Assembly: GCA_963696365.1 (NCBI GenBank)
Contig: CAVOKD010000002.1
Location: 294,082 to 358,081 of the forward strand
Direction: 5' to 3'
Source: an uncultured Actinomycetes bacterium
GTDB lineage: Bacteria > Actinomycetota > Thermoleophilia > Gaiellales > Gaiellaceae
Length of the DNA stretch: 64,000 nt
The notes under the pieces: model-generated
Seen by the model: only the letters and a program-made list of their open reading frames with translations
Database searches by the model: none
Told to the model about the DNA's origin: nothing
Translations under genes and position numbers: made by a program
Part shown: positions 35,305-45,444 of the stretch, piece by piece
Numbering within the stretch: the first letter of the stretch is position 1
Layout: every line of letters begins with the position of its first letter

Positions 35305-37354
35305 GGCGAACGGCGGCACGGGGGGCGAGCTGCGCGGCGGGATCGGGCCGCTCCTCTTCCCGCGCTCGGTCGCGATCGTCGGCGCCTCGCCGCGCGTGCC
35401 GGAGCCGATCCACAGCGTGCTCAGGGGCGGCGTCCCCGCCTGGGGCGTCCATCCGACGAACCGCGAGGTGAACGGCCTCGCCTGCGTGCCGAGCTTCGCC
35501 GACCTGCCGGAGCGGCCCGATCTCGCGCTCCTGCTCGTCGGCCACGCGACGGTCGAGCAGGCGTTCGAGGATGCCGCGGCCGCCGGCGTCCGGGCGTTCG
35601 TCGTTCCGGGCCTGGGGAACGAGGCCGGACCGGAGGGGCCGCCCGCGGCGGCGCGCATCACGGCCCGCGCGGCCGAGGTCGACGCGGCGATCGTCGGGCC
35701 GAACTGCATGGGGATCGCCGTGCCGGACGGGCCGTCGCCGTGGATCGGGATCGTCCCGGACACGTTCGTCCGCGGACGCGTCGGCGTCGTCGCGCAGTCG
35801 GGCTCGGTCGCCGAGGCGTGCCTGGCGCTCCCGGGCCGGGTCGGATTCCGCTGCGTCGTCTCCTCGGGTGGGGAGGCGTCGCGCGACGCGGCCGACCTCG
35901 TGGCCTTCCTCGCGGAGGACGAGGAGACGGCGGCGGTCGGCCTCTTCCTCGAGACCGTGCGCCGGCCGGACGCGTTCATGGATGCGCTTGGCCGTTGCGC
36001 GGACGGCCGGCAAGCCGGTCGTCTGCCTCAAGGTCGGGCGCTCGGAGGCCGGGGCGCGCGTGGCGCTTGCTCACACCGGCGCGCTCGTCGGCTCCGACCG
36101 GGCCTTCTCGGCCGTGCTCGCCGCCTACGGCGTAATCGAGGTGCACGACTTCACCGACCTGGTCGAGACGCTCGAGGCGCTCGGCCGGAAACGGCGCCCG
36201 CGCGGGATGCGGATCGGCGCCGTGTCCGAGTCGGGCGGCGAGGCGGCGCTCTTCGCCGACCACGCCGAGGCCGCCGGCCTCCCGTTCGCGCCGCTGCCCG
36301 AGCCGCTCGTCGACGCGCTGCGCGCCGAGTTCCCCAACTACCTCGCGCCCGGCAACCCGCTCGACGCCTGGGCCGTGGACGACCCGGAGCGCGTCTACCC
36401 GCGCTCGCTCGAGCTGCATGGCCGGCTCGGGTGCCTTCGACATCCTCGTCGCGCAGGTCGACGACTCGCGCTACCGCGCCGACACGGGCCAGGACTGGTG
36501 CGGCCCCGCGGTCGCCGCCCTCGCGGACGCGGCCGAGGGGACGGAGATCTTCCCGGTCGTCGCGACCGTCCACACGGTCGACGTGCCGCCCGAGCTGCAG
36601 CTCCTCGCGACCGAGCGCGACCTGCCGATCCTGCGCGGGCTCGCCGCCGCCGCCCGCGCGCTCGCCGCCGCCGCGCGCTGGCGCCCGGCCAGGCCGCCCG
36701 CGCTCGCGGAGCCGCCCGTCGACCTCGGCGACCTGCTCGAGGGCGACGGCGCCCTGGCCGAGCTCGAGTCGGCGCGGATCATGGAGCGCTACGGCGTGCC
36801 GGTCGTCCCGGCCGTGCGGGCGTCGTCCCCGGAGGAGGCGGCCCGGGCGGCGGCCGAAGGTCGGCACACCCGTCGTCGTCAAGGTCGACGGCGTCGCCCA
36901 CAAGGCGGCCGCCGGCGGCGTCGTGCTCGGCGTCGAGACGCCCGAGGAGGCGGCCGAGGCGGCACGCAAGCTCGGCGGACGCGTGCTCGTCGCGCGGCAG
37001 GTCGCGCCCGGGCCGGAGGCGTTCTGCGGCGTCACGCGCGACCCCGACTTCGGGCCGATCCTCGCCGTCGGCCGCGGCGGCGTCGACGTCGAGAGCCACG
37101 CGGTCGGCGCCGTCCGCCTCGCCCCGGTCGACCTCGACGGCGCGCGCGAGCTCGTCGCCGCCGCCGGCCTGACGCAGGCGGTCGACGACCTCGCCCGCAC
37201 GCTCGTCGCGCTGGGCCGGCTGGCGCTCGAGCACCCGTCGGTCGTGGAGGCCGACGTGAACCCGCTGATCCTCCACGGGGACGAGGCCACGGCCGTCGAT
37301 GCGCTGGTTGTCGTGGACAAGCGCGGCCCAGTTCTGATCTATTTTCCGGCCTGA
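35303..37354 (+). pseudogene. ADP-forming acyl-CoA synthetase (acetate--CoA ligase family; CoA-binding plus ATP-grasp), three apparent frameshifts
   Basis: MANGG..LLFPRSVAIVGAS..AIVGPNCMGI..VAQSGSV.. (track ORF 35108..37354) continues as AVARTAGKPVVCLKVGRSEAGARVALAHTGALVGSD.. (track 35571..), then MAGSGAFDILVAQVDD..ESARIMERYGVPVV.. (track 36418..), then VGTPVVVKVDGVAHKAAAGGVVLGV..EADVNPL. Joins are at about 35988-35992, 36410-36420 and 36855-36862. Confidence 0.75.
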
Positions 37355-38627
37355 GCGCACGGCACCCCCGAGAAGCAGGAAGCTTCAGCCGCCGCGTCTT
37401 CCTCGAGCGGTCGGCCACCGCCGCGCTCGGCCTCTCTGCCGTCGGCCCGCTCCTCGCCGCGTGCGGCGGGGCGAACAACGGCGGCGGGCACCGGCGCGAT
37501 CGGCCGCCGCCGCGGCCGACCTCCAGCTCGCCCGCCAGGACAACCCGGTCAAGTGGCCGATCTACGAGGACAACCCGCCGATCGCGTCGGGCCTCGAGCC
37601 CGAGGGCGGGCCGCTCAAGATCTACAACTGGAACGGCTACCTCTGGCCGCGGATCATGAAGCAGTTCGGCAAGGAGTTCGGCGTCGACGTCCAGCTGACG
37701 ACGTTCTCCACCGGCGACGAGGCGATCCAGAAGCTCGCGACCGGCGCGGTCGACTTCGACGTCTTCTTCCCGTTCCCCGACCGGCTGGGCAGGCTGATCG
37801 TCGGGAAGCTCCTCCAGCCGCTGAACCACGACTACCTGCCGAACCTGGCGACGTCGATCTGGCCGTCGCTCCAGGATCCGTTCTACGACCGGGGCTCGCA
37901 GTACACGGTGCCGTACACGATCTACACGACCGGGATCGGCTACCGCACGGACAAGGTCGACACGACGCCGGACCAGCTCTCGAACCCGTACGAGATCTAC
38001 TGGGACGAGCGGAACAAGGGCAAGACGTACCTCCTCGACGACAGCCGCGAGGCGCCGATCCACATGCTCCTGAAGAACGGCATCGACGACATCAACACGG
38101 AGAAGCCCGAGGACATCGACGTCGCGAAGCAGGACCTGATCGCGCTGACGGACGCCGTCAACGTCAAGGTCTCGACCGACGACTACACGAACCTCCCCGA
38201 GGGCAAGGCCTGGGTGCACGAGGCCTGGTCGGGCAGCCTCGTCTCCGCGCCGTACTACCTCCCGAAGGGCGTCGGGCCCGAGGTGCTCGGCTACTGGTTC
38301 CCCGAGGACGGCAAGGGCACGATCGGCAGCGACATGATGGGCGTCCTCAAGTCGGCGAAGAACCCGGTGCTCGCGCACCACTTCCTCAACTACCTGCTCG
38401 ACGAGAAGCACGGGTACGACAACTTCGTCAACTTCGTCGGCTACCAGCCGCCGTTCGTCTCGATCGATCCGGACTCGCTCGTCTCGGACGAGATCGTCCC
38501 GGAGAACCTGAAGACCGCGGTCGTGCGCGAGAGCGACTTCGACACCGGCTACTTCCTCGCCGAGCTCTCGCCGCAGGGCCAGATGCTCTGGCAGAACGCC
38601 TGGGCCGAGTTCAAGGCGGGTGTCTGA
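37351..38627 (+). pseudogene. ABC transporter substrate-binding lipoprotein, PotD/PotF (polyamine)-like; one apparent frameshift and no canonical start
   Basis: The signal region (L)SARHPREAGSFSRRVFLERSATAALGLSAVGPLLAACGG (Tat-like RR plus lipobox) is in the frame of track ORF 36418..37659. The body is track ORF 37461..38627 (..PVKWPIYEDNPP...LKIYNWNGYLWP...). The join is at about 37485..37500. The only start-like codon is CTG 37351. Confidence 0.7.
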
Positions 38628-39534
38628 CCGCCGGGTAGGGCGCCGGCGGACGGGCTTCTGGGCGACGCTCGCCCTGCCCGGGGTCGCCTGGCTCTGCATC
38701 TTCTTCCTCGTCCCGTTCTACGTCATCCTCGGCGTGGCGTTCGGGACGGTCGACCCGATCTTCGGGACGCCGCAGCCGGCCTGGAACCCGCTCGACTGGG
38801 ACACGCAGGCCTTCGACTTCGTCTTCGACGGCCTGTTCTCGTCCGGCGGCGCGTTCAAGGCCGTCTTCCTGCGCACGCTCGCGTACGTCTCGATTGCGGT
38901 CGTGCTCTCGCTCCTGATCGCGTACCCGGTCGCGTACTACGTCGCGCGGTTCGGCGGCCGCTTCAAGGGGCTCCTGCTCGCCGGCCTGATCGCGCCGTTC
39001 TTCATCAGCTACCTGATGCGGATGCTCGCGTGGATCAACCTGCTCCAGGACGACGGCTGGGTGAACCGCGTCCTCCTCTGGGCCCATGTCCTCGACGCGC
39101 CGCGCAACTGGCTGGACGGCCGCGCGTCGAGCGTGATCCTCGGGATGGTCTACGGCTACGTGCCGTTCATGATCCTGCCGCTCTACGCGTTCCTCGACCG
39201 GATCGACCGGAGCGTCCTCGAGGCCGCGCGCGACCTCGGCGCGAGCCGCTTCCACGCCTTCCGGCTCGTGACGCTGCCGCTGTCCGTGCCGGCGATCCTC
39301 GCGGGCTGCGTGATCATCGCGCTGCCGATGTTCGGCGACTACTACACGCCGGACCTGCTCTCCGGCTCGCCGCACACCTCGCTGATCGGCAACCAGATCG
39401 ACCTCTACATCCGCGGCGGCCAGCAGATACCCGTCGGCGCGGCGCTCGTCGTCTGCCTGATGCTGATGCTCGCCGTGCTGATGGCTTACTACCTCTACGT
39501 CACGGCCCGGACCGAACGGAGGCTCGGACGGTGA
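38620..39534 (+). CDS. ABC transporter permease (PotB-like)
   Basis: Track ORF 38620..39534, with a GTG start overlapping the upstream stop. It contains the EAA-loop-like LEAARDLGASRFHAFRLVTLP. Confidence 0.85.
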   Translation: MSDRRVGRRRTGFWATLALPGVAWLCIFFLVPFYVILGVAFGTVDPIFGTPQPAWNPLDWDTQAFDFVFDGLFSSGGAFKAVFLRTLAYVSIAVVLSLLIAYPVAYYVARFGGRFKGLLLAGLIAPFFISYLMRMLAWINLLQDDGWVNRVLLWAHVLDAPRNWLDGRASSVILGMVYGYVPFMILPLYAFLDRIDRSVLEAARDLGASRFHAFRLVTLPLSVPAILAGCVIIALPMFGDYYTPDLLSGSPHTSLIGNQIDLYIRGGQQIPVGAALVVCLMLMLAVLMAYYLYVTARTERRLGR

Positions 39535-40403
39535 GGCGGTTCCGGGAGTGGCTGTCGAACGCCTGGGGCCGGCCGCGCTTCCTGTTCCTCTTCACGCTCT
39601 TCTACCTCGCGTGGTCGATCCTCCCGATCCTCATCGCCGTTCGGTTCTCGTTCAACGACGGCCGCTCGCGCTCGAGCACCCAGGGCTGGTCGAACCGCTG
39701 GTACTGGGGCGACCCGGACCTGTCCGTCTGGCACGACCCCGACCTGCGGAACGCGCTGTTCCAGAGCCTCACACTCGCGGCGATCGCGATCCTCGTCACC
39801 GTCCCGCTCGGCGTCGCGCTCGCAATCGGGCTGACGCGCTGGCGCGGATACACCGCGACGGCGTCGCGCTTCACGGCGATGGTGCCGCTCGTCACGCCCG
39901 AGATCGTGATGGGCGTCGCGCTCCTGCTCGTCTTCGTCTACGTCTTCTCGTTCATCCCGCTCGGGACGACGGCGCAGGCGATCGGCCACATCACGTTCTC
40001 GATCTCGTTCGTGCTCGTGATCGTGCGCGGACGCCTGCTCGCGATCGGGCCCGAGTTCGAGGAGGCGGCGCAGGACCTCGGCGCCTCGCCCCTCCGCTCG
40101 ATCCGCATGGTGCTCCTGCCGATGCTCGTGCCCGCGATCGTGGCGAGCGCGATCATCGTCTTCGCGATCTCGATGGACGACTTCGTCGTCAGCGCGTACC
40201 TCTCGTCGGGCTCGACGACCGACACGGTCCCGGTGCGGATCTACTCGGCCGGCCGCACGGCCCCGACCCCGGCGCTGAACGCGCTCGCGAGCCTGACGCT
40301 CGGGATCACGATCGTCCTCTCGCTGCTCGCGTACGGCCTGTGGCGGATCGTCCGCTCGGCCCGCGGCCAGCGGGACTCAGGCCTCGCCGGGATCGCCGGG
40401 TAG
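39531..40403 (+). CDS. ABC transporter permease (PotC-like)
   Basis: In-frame part of track ORF 39030..40403, starting at GTG 39531 (GTGA overlap): FEEAAQDLGASPLRSIRMVLLPML. Confidence 0.85.
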   Translation: MRRFREWLSNAWGRPRFLFLFTLFYLAWSILPILIAVRFSFNDGRSRSSTQGWSNRWYWGDPDLSVWHDPDLRNALFQSLTLAAIAILVTVPLGVALAIGLTRWRGYTATASRFTAMVPLVTPEIVMGVALLLVFVYVFSFIPLGTTAQAIGHITFSISFVLVIVRGRLLAIGPEFEEAAQDLGASPLRSIRMVLLPMLVPAIVASAIIVFAISMDDFVVSAYLSSGSTTDTVPVRIYSAGRTAPTPALNALASLTLGITIVLSLLAYGLWRIVRSARGQRDSGLAGIAG

Positions 40404-41465
40404 GACGCGGAGCGCCTCCGGCGCGAGGTGGGCGGAGACGCGCGAGCCGACGTCGTGCTCCTCGACGTCCTCGGCGTTCGTGACGAGCGCCTGCACGGCG
40501 TCGCCGCTCGCGAGGCGGATGAACACCTGCGTGGTCGAGCCGAGGTAGACGAACCGCTCGATCGTGGCGGGGACGCGGTTCTCGCCGGCCGTGTCCGACG
40601 GCTCGATGCCGACGCGCTCGGGGCGGATCGTCAACTGCACGGGGCCCGTGGTGTCGCGTGCGCCGCGCTCGGCCCGCAGCGCCGTGTCGGCGAGCCGCAC
40701 GCGCCCGCCGCCCTCTCCGGTCGCGTCCATCAGGTTCGAGACGCCCAGGAACGACGCCACGTAGGCGGTCGCGGGCTCCTCGTAGACCCCGCGTGGCGAG
40801 CCGATCTGCTGGACGACCCCGTCGCGCATGACGGCCAGGTGGTCGGACATCGTCAGCGCCTCTTCCTGGTCGTGCGTGACGTAGAGGAAGGTGATCCCGA
40901 CCGTCTCCTGGAGCGCCTTCAGCTCGACCTGGAGCTCGCGGCGCAGCTTCGCGTCGAGCGCGCCGAGCGGCTCGTCGAGCAGGAGCACGGCCGGCTCCAG
41001 CACGAGCGCGCGGGCGAGCGCGACCCGCTGCTGCTGGCCGCCCGAGAGCTCGTGCGGCCGGCGGCGGCCGAGATCCCCGAGCTGCACGAGGGCGAGGGCG
41101 TCGGCGATCTTCCGCTGCTTCTCCGCCTTCGTTGCCCGGGTGAAGCGCAGGCCGAAGCCGACGTTGTCCTTCACGGTCAGGTGGGTGAAGAGCGCGTAGT
41201 TCTGGAAGACGGTGTTGACCGGCCGCTTGTGGGCGGGCGTGCGCGTCATGTCGGCGCCGCCGATCAGGATCCGGCCGGAGGTCGGCTCCTCGAAGCCGGC
41301 GAGCATCCGGAGCGTCGTCGTCTTGCCGCATCCGGACGGGCCGAGGAGCGAGAAGAACTGCCCGCCGGGCACGTCGAGCGACAGGTTGACGACCGCGTCG
41401 ACGTCCCCGTATCGCTTGCAGAGACCGTCGAGCGTGACCGCTCCCTCGTTGACCGCCCGCGCCAT
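40377..41465 (-). CDS. ABC transporter ATP-binding protein (PotA-like), convergent with the permeases
   Basis: Track ORF 40377..41555, with a likely start at MARAVNEGAVTLDGL (41465): LLGPSGCGKTTTLRMLAG (Walker A), LSGGQQQRVALARAL, LLLDEPLGALD. Confidence 0.85.
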   Translation of the reverse strand: MARAVNEGAVTLDGLCKRYGDVDAVVNLSLDVPGGQFFSLLGPSGCGKTTTLRMLAGFEEPTSGRILIGGADMTRTPAHKRPVNTVFQNYALFTHLTVKDNVGFGLRFTRATKAEKQRKIADALALVQLGDLGRRRPHELSGGQQQRVALARALVLEPAVLLLDEPLGALDAKLRRELQVELKALQETVGITFLYVTHDQEEALTMSDHLAVMRDGVVQQIGSPRGVYEEPATAYVASFLGVSNLMDATGEGGGRVRLADTALRAERGARDTTGPVQLTIRPERVGIEPSDTAGENRVPATIERFVYLGSTTQVFIRLASGDAVQALVTNAEDVEEHDVGSRVSAHLAPEALRVLPGDPGEA

Positions 41466-41487
41466 CAGCGGCGATCCTAGTGCGCTC

Positions 41488-43564
41488 ATGCCGCGCGATC
41501 CCCGACATGACGTCCTCTTCGAGCCCCTCCGGATCGGGCCGAAGACGCTGCGCAACCGCTTCTACGGCGTTCCGCACTGCTCGGGCTACGGCACGGAGAA
41601 GCCCGGCTCGCAGGCGGCCTTCCGCGGCGTGAAGGCCGAGGGCGGGTGGGCCGCGGTCTGCACCGAGTACGCGCCGGTCTCGTTCGACTCGGACGAGTCG
41701 CCCTACATCTCCTCGCGGATCTGGGACGCCGAGGACCTGCGGAACCTCTCTCTGATGGCCGACGCGGCGCACGAGCACGGCGCGCTCGCCGGGCTCCAGC
41801 TCGCGCACACGGGCGCGCACGCGGGGAACCGCGAGTCGCGCTGGCCGTCCGTCGCGCCGTCGCAGCTCGCGAGCGACTACGAGCCGTTCACCGTCCCGAA
41901 GGCGCTCGAGCGCTGGGAGATCGCGCGGATCCGCGACGACTGGGTGCGCGGCGCCGAGCGGGCGCGCGAGGCCGGCTTCGACATCGTCTACGTCTACGGC
42001 GGCCACAGCTACCTGCCGCTCCAGTTCCTCTCGCCCTTCTACAACAAGCGCACGGACGAGTACGGCGGCTCGCTCGAGAACCGCGCGCGCTTCTTCCTCG
42101 AGCTGCTCGAGTCGGTGCGCGATGCGGTCGGCGACGACTGCGCCGTCGTCCTGCGCATGGCGGTCGAGGCGCTCGGGCCGGCCGGCGTCGAGCTGGAGGA
42201 GGGCCTCGCGTTCGTTCGGCTCGCCGACCACCTCGTCGACCTCTGGGACGTCACCGTCGGCTCGATCGCGGACTGGTCGAAGGACTCCGGCTCGTCGAAG
42301 TTCTTCGAGGAGGGCGCGCAGCTCGAGTGGACGGGCCGCGTCCGCGAGGCGACCCAGAAGCCGATCGTCGGCGTCGCGCGCCTGACGAGCCCCGACCGGA
42401 TGGCCGAGATCGTCTCGAGCGGCGTCTGGGATCTGATCGGCGCCGCGCGCCCGTCGATCGCCGACCCGTTCCTCCCGCAGAAGATCGAGGAGGGGCGCTA
42501 CGACGAGATCCGCGAGTGCATCGGCTGCAACGTCTGCATCTCGAAGTCGGAGAACGGCCACCACCTCGGCTGCACCCAGAACCCGACCGCGGGTGAGGAG
42601 TACCGCCGCGGCTGGCACCCCGAGCGCTTCGAGCCGGCCGCGAACCGCGACCGCGGCGTGCTCGTCGTCGGCGCCGGCCCGGCCGGGATGGAGTGCGCGG
42701 TCGTGCTCGGACGGCGCGGGTTCGAGGCCGTCCACCTGGTCGACGACGCCGAGGAGCTCGGCGGCTCGATGCGCTGGGTGCGGCGCCTGCCCGGGCTCGG
42801 CGAGTGGGGGCGGCTCGTCGACTGGCGGCACGGCCAGATCGGGCTGCTCCCGAACGTCGAGTGGATCCCGCGGCACCGGCTCGACGCGGCGGCCGTGCGC
42901 GACTACGGCGCCGTCGATCGTCGTCGTGGCGACCGGCGCGCGCTGGTCCGGCGACGGGCTCAACTCGATCACGCACGCCCCGGTGCCCGGCGCCGACGCG
43001 TCGCTCCCGCACGTGCTGACGCCGGAGCAGCTGATGCTCGACGGCAAGACCCCGCCCGGGAACCGCGTGCTCGTCTGGGACTGCGAGGGCTACTTCGCCG
43101 GGCCGGGCGTGGCGGAGAAGCTCGCGCTCGACGGGCACTCGGTCGACCTCGCCACCTCGCTCGAGGTGATCGCGCCGTACTGCGACGAGACGCTCGAGGG
43201 CCCGCAGCTGCGCCAGCACCTCCACGACGTCGGCGTCCGCCAGCACCGCGGGGTCGTCCTCACGGAGGTCGCCGAGGGCGGCGTCCGCGCGACGGACGAG
43301 TTCGGCGAGCCGTTCGAGCTCGAGGTGGACGCGGTCGTGCTCGTCTCCCAGCGTCTCTCGCAGGACGCGCTCTACCACGAGCTGGTCGGCGACCCGGACG
43401 CGCTCGCGGCGGAGGGGATCGAGGGCGTCTACCGGATCGGCGACTGCGTCGCGCCGCGGATCATCGCCGAGGCGATCTTCGACGGGCACCGCCTCGCGCG
43501 CGAGATCGACTCGCCGAACCCCGCGCTCCCGCTGCCGTACCTGCGCGAGCGGCTCGTGCTCTAG
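41488..43564 (+). pseudogene. FMN/4Fe-4S/FAD amine dehydrogenase family protein (trimethylamine/histamine dehydrogenase-like), one apparent frameshift
   Basis: MPRDPRHDVLFEPLRIGPKTLRNRFYGVPH... (OYE-like TIM barrel) ...IRECIGCNVCISKSENGHHLGCTQNP (Fe-S cysteines) ...VLVVGAGPAGMECA. At about 42908..42914 it continues in track ORF 42593..43564 (SIVVVATGARWSGDGLN...YRIGDCVAP). Confidence 0.75.
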
Positions 43565-43651
43565 CCTTGTCGCGAGTCGCACGGCGCGGCCGCGCTCACG
43601 ATCCGCGTCCGCCGCGCCGGCTGAGCCGGCGCCGCCTACCATTCCGCCGAC

Positions 43652-44340
43652 GTGGCGGACTCTCCCTGGCCGAGCGCGGCTTCCCCGAGCAAACGACGGC
43701 TCGTTGCGCTCGGCGTGCTCGTTGCCGCGTCCGCGTTCGCAGCCGGCCTCGTCGCGCTCCGCTACGGGTTGAGCGGGAGCGGGCGCTACCTGGGCCTGTG
43801 CTGGAACCTCGTCCTCGCCTGGATCCCGCTCGCCTTCGCGCTGCTCGCCTACGATCGCGACCGGCGCGGCCGCGGCGGGCTCGGCGCTCTTGCTGCCCCT
43901 CGCGCTCTGGCTTGCCTTCCTCCCGAACGCGCCGTACCTCGTCACGGACTTCGTGCACCTACGGGACGAGACCGCGATGCCGATCTGGTTCGACGTCGCG
44001 CTCCTGACCTCGTTCGCGTGGATCGGGCTGCATGCTCGGCTTCGTCTCGGTGTACCTCGTCCAGACGGTCGTCCGCCGGCATGCGGGGGCCGCGGCCGGC
44101 TGGGCGTTCGTTCTCGCGACCTTCGGCGCGTGCGGCGTCGGCGTCTATGTCGGCCGCTACCTCCGGCTGAACACCTGGGACCTCGTCGTTCGGCCGCTCG
44201 GCGTGCTCGGTGACGTGGGCGCCAGGCTCGACTCGCCTCGGCTGCTCGGGATGAGCCTCGTAACGGCCGCGTTCCTGACGGTCGCCTACGCGATGCTCTA
44301 CACGGTGCTCGAGGTCGCGGTCGACGACCGCGGCGACTGA
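43652..44340 (+). pseudogene. DUF1361-like integral membrane protein, two apparent frameshifts
   Basis: LGLCWNLVLAWIPLAFALLAY (track 43652..) continues as LLLPLALWLAFLPNAPYLVTDFVHLRDETAMPIWFDVALL (track 43890..), then MLGFVSVYLVQTVV...YLRLNTWDLV (track 44032..44340). Joins are at about 43865-43885 and 44028-44034. Confidence 0.6.
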
Positions 44341-44347
44341 CGCGGGA

Positions 44348-44374
44348 GACGGCGGGCGGTGGCGGCCCGCCGTC
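44348..44374. terminator. hairpin between convergent genes
   Basis: GACGGCGGGC 44348..44357 pairs with GCCCGCCGTC 44365..44374, giving a 10-bp stem and a 7-nt loop. Confidence 0.45.
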
Positions 44375-44384
44375 CTGCGCGCGC

Positions 44385-45251
44385 TTACGGGTTGGCGACG
44401 TTCGCGGCCCCGCGGGTCAGGGTCTTCGTGAACGCCCAGTCGGCGGACGCGTTGTTCGTGTCCTTGCCGTCCGGGAGCCGGCTCAGAGAGCCCGCATCCG
44501 CGTTCGAGTCCGCGACCGTCGCCGGGAGCACCGTGCCCTCGACGAGGTTGTACGTCTGCGTGCCGATCTTCGCCGACGTGATCGAGCCCTCGTAGGAGAG
44601 CGCGTCGAGCAGCGATCCGGAGGCGGTGTCGACGAGCGCGATCCCGTCGGGGGCGCCGTTCTGCGGGTCGCCCTCGACGACGAGGTAGCCGCCCGCCGCG
44701 ATCGAGCCGCTCAGGGCGGTGCGCTTGTACTCCTCGCCGTCGGCGCCGTCCACGAGGACGAGCGCGATGCCCGTGAGGCTCGCGGCGGACGTGCCCGTGT
44801 TCTTGATCTCCACGAACCCGTCGCCGTCGGTGCCGACCTGGTCGTAGTCGACCTCGTTGATCACGAGCTTCGAGTCGGGCGGCGGGGGAGGCGGCGGCGA
44901 GCCGCCGGCGACGCAGCGGAAGAGCACCGTGTCGTCGCCCGCCGAGTCGAGCTGCACCTTGCCGGCCGCTCCGCCCTCGGCCGTGCACGGGATCCCGCTC
45001 AGGTCCTCGAGCTTCGAGGGCCCGGCGGCGCCGCCCGCGTTCCAGGAGATCGCCTCCTCACGGGCGCGGCAGGCCTGCGTGCCGGTGATGATCCGGACCC
45101 AGCCGCCGTTCGGGTGGCGGCAGGCGTGGATCTCGCCCTCGGCCGCCGCAGTCGCGGCCGTGCCCGAGACCGCGAGCGCCGCGCCCACCGCCGCCGCGAG
45201 CGTCCCGGCGGCCGCGAGGAACGCGAACGCCTTCGTCCATCGGTTCTGCAT
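44385..45251 (-). CDS. secreted lamin-tail-domain (LTD) protein
   Basis: In-frame C-terminal part of track ORF 44385..45671. ATG 45251 lies 4 nt after GGAAGGAG: MQNRWTKAFAFLAAAGTLAAAVGAALA (signal) ... PPPPPPP linker ... KLVINEVDYDQVGTDGDGFVEIKNTGTSAASLTGIALV. Confidence 0.7.
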   Translation of the reverse strand: MQNRWTKAFAFLAAAGTLAAAVGAALAVSGTAATAAAEGEIHACRHPNGGWVRIITGTQACRAREEAISWNAGGAAGPSKLEDLSGIPCTAEGGAAGKVQLDSAGDDTVLFRCVAGGSPPPPPPPDSKLVINEVDYDQVGTDGDGFVEIKNTGTSAASLTGIALVLVDGADGEEYKRTALSGSIAAGGYLVVEGDPQNGAPDGIALVDTASGSLLDALSYEGSITSAKIGTQTYNLVEGTVLPATVADSNADAGSLSRLPDGKDTNNASADWAFTKTLTRGAANVANP

Positions 45252-45444
45252 GTCGCTCCTTCCGGTCGAGTTGACCCGACCGGGATAGCGGCGCAGGACG
45301 GCTGCCGCGCCAGATGTCCCGAGCGGCCGTGAGCCGCGTGGTTGCTCGGCCTGGGGACGGCTCGGCGCAGAGTCGGCGCGCATCCGTCTCCCTTCGTGCG
45401 GAGGGTGGTGCGTCGCAGGTCGATCTCCTATCGTCCGGCCACCC

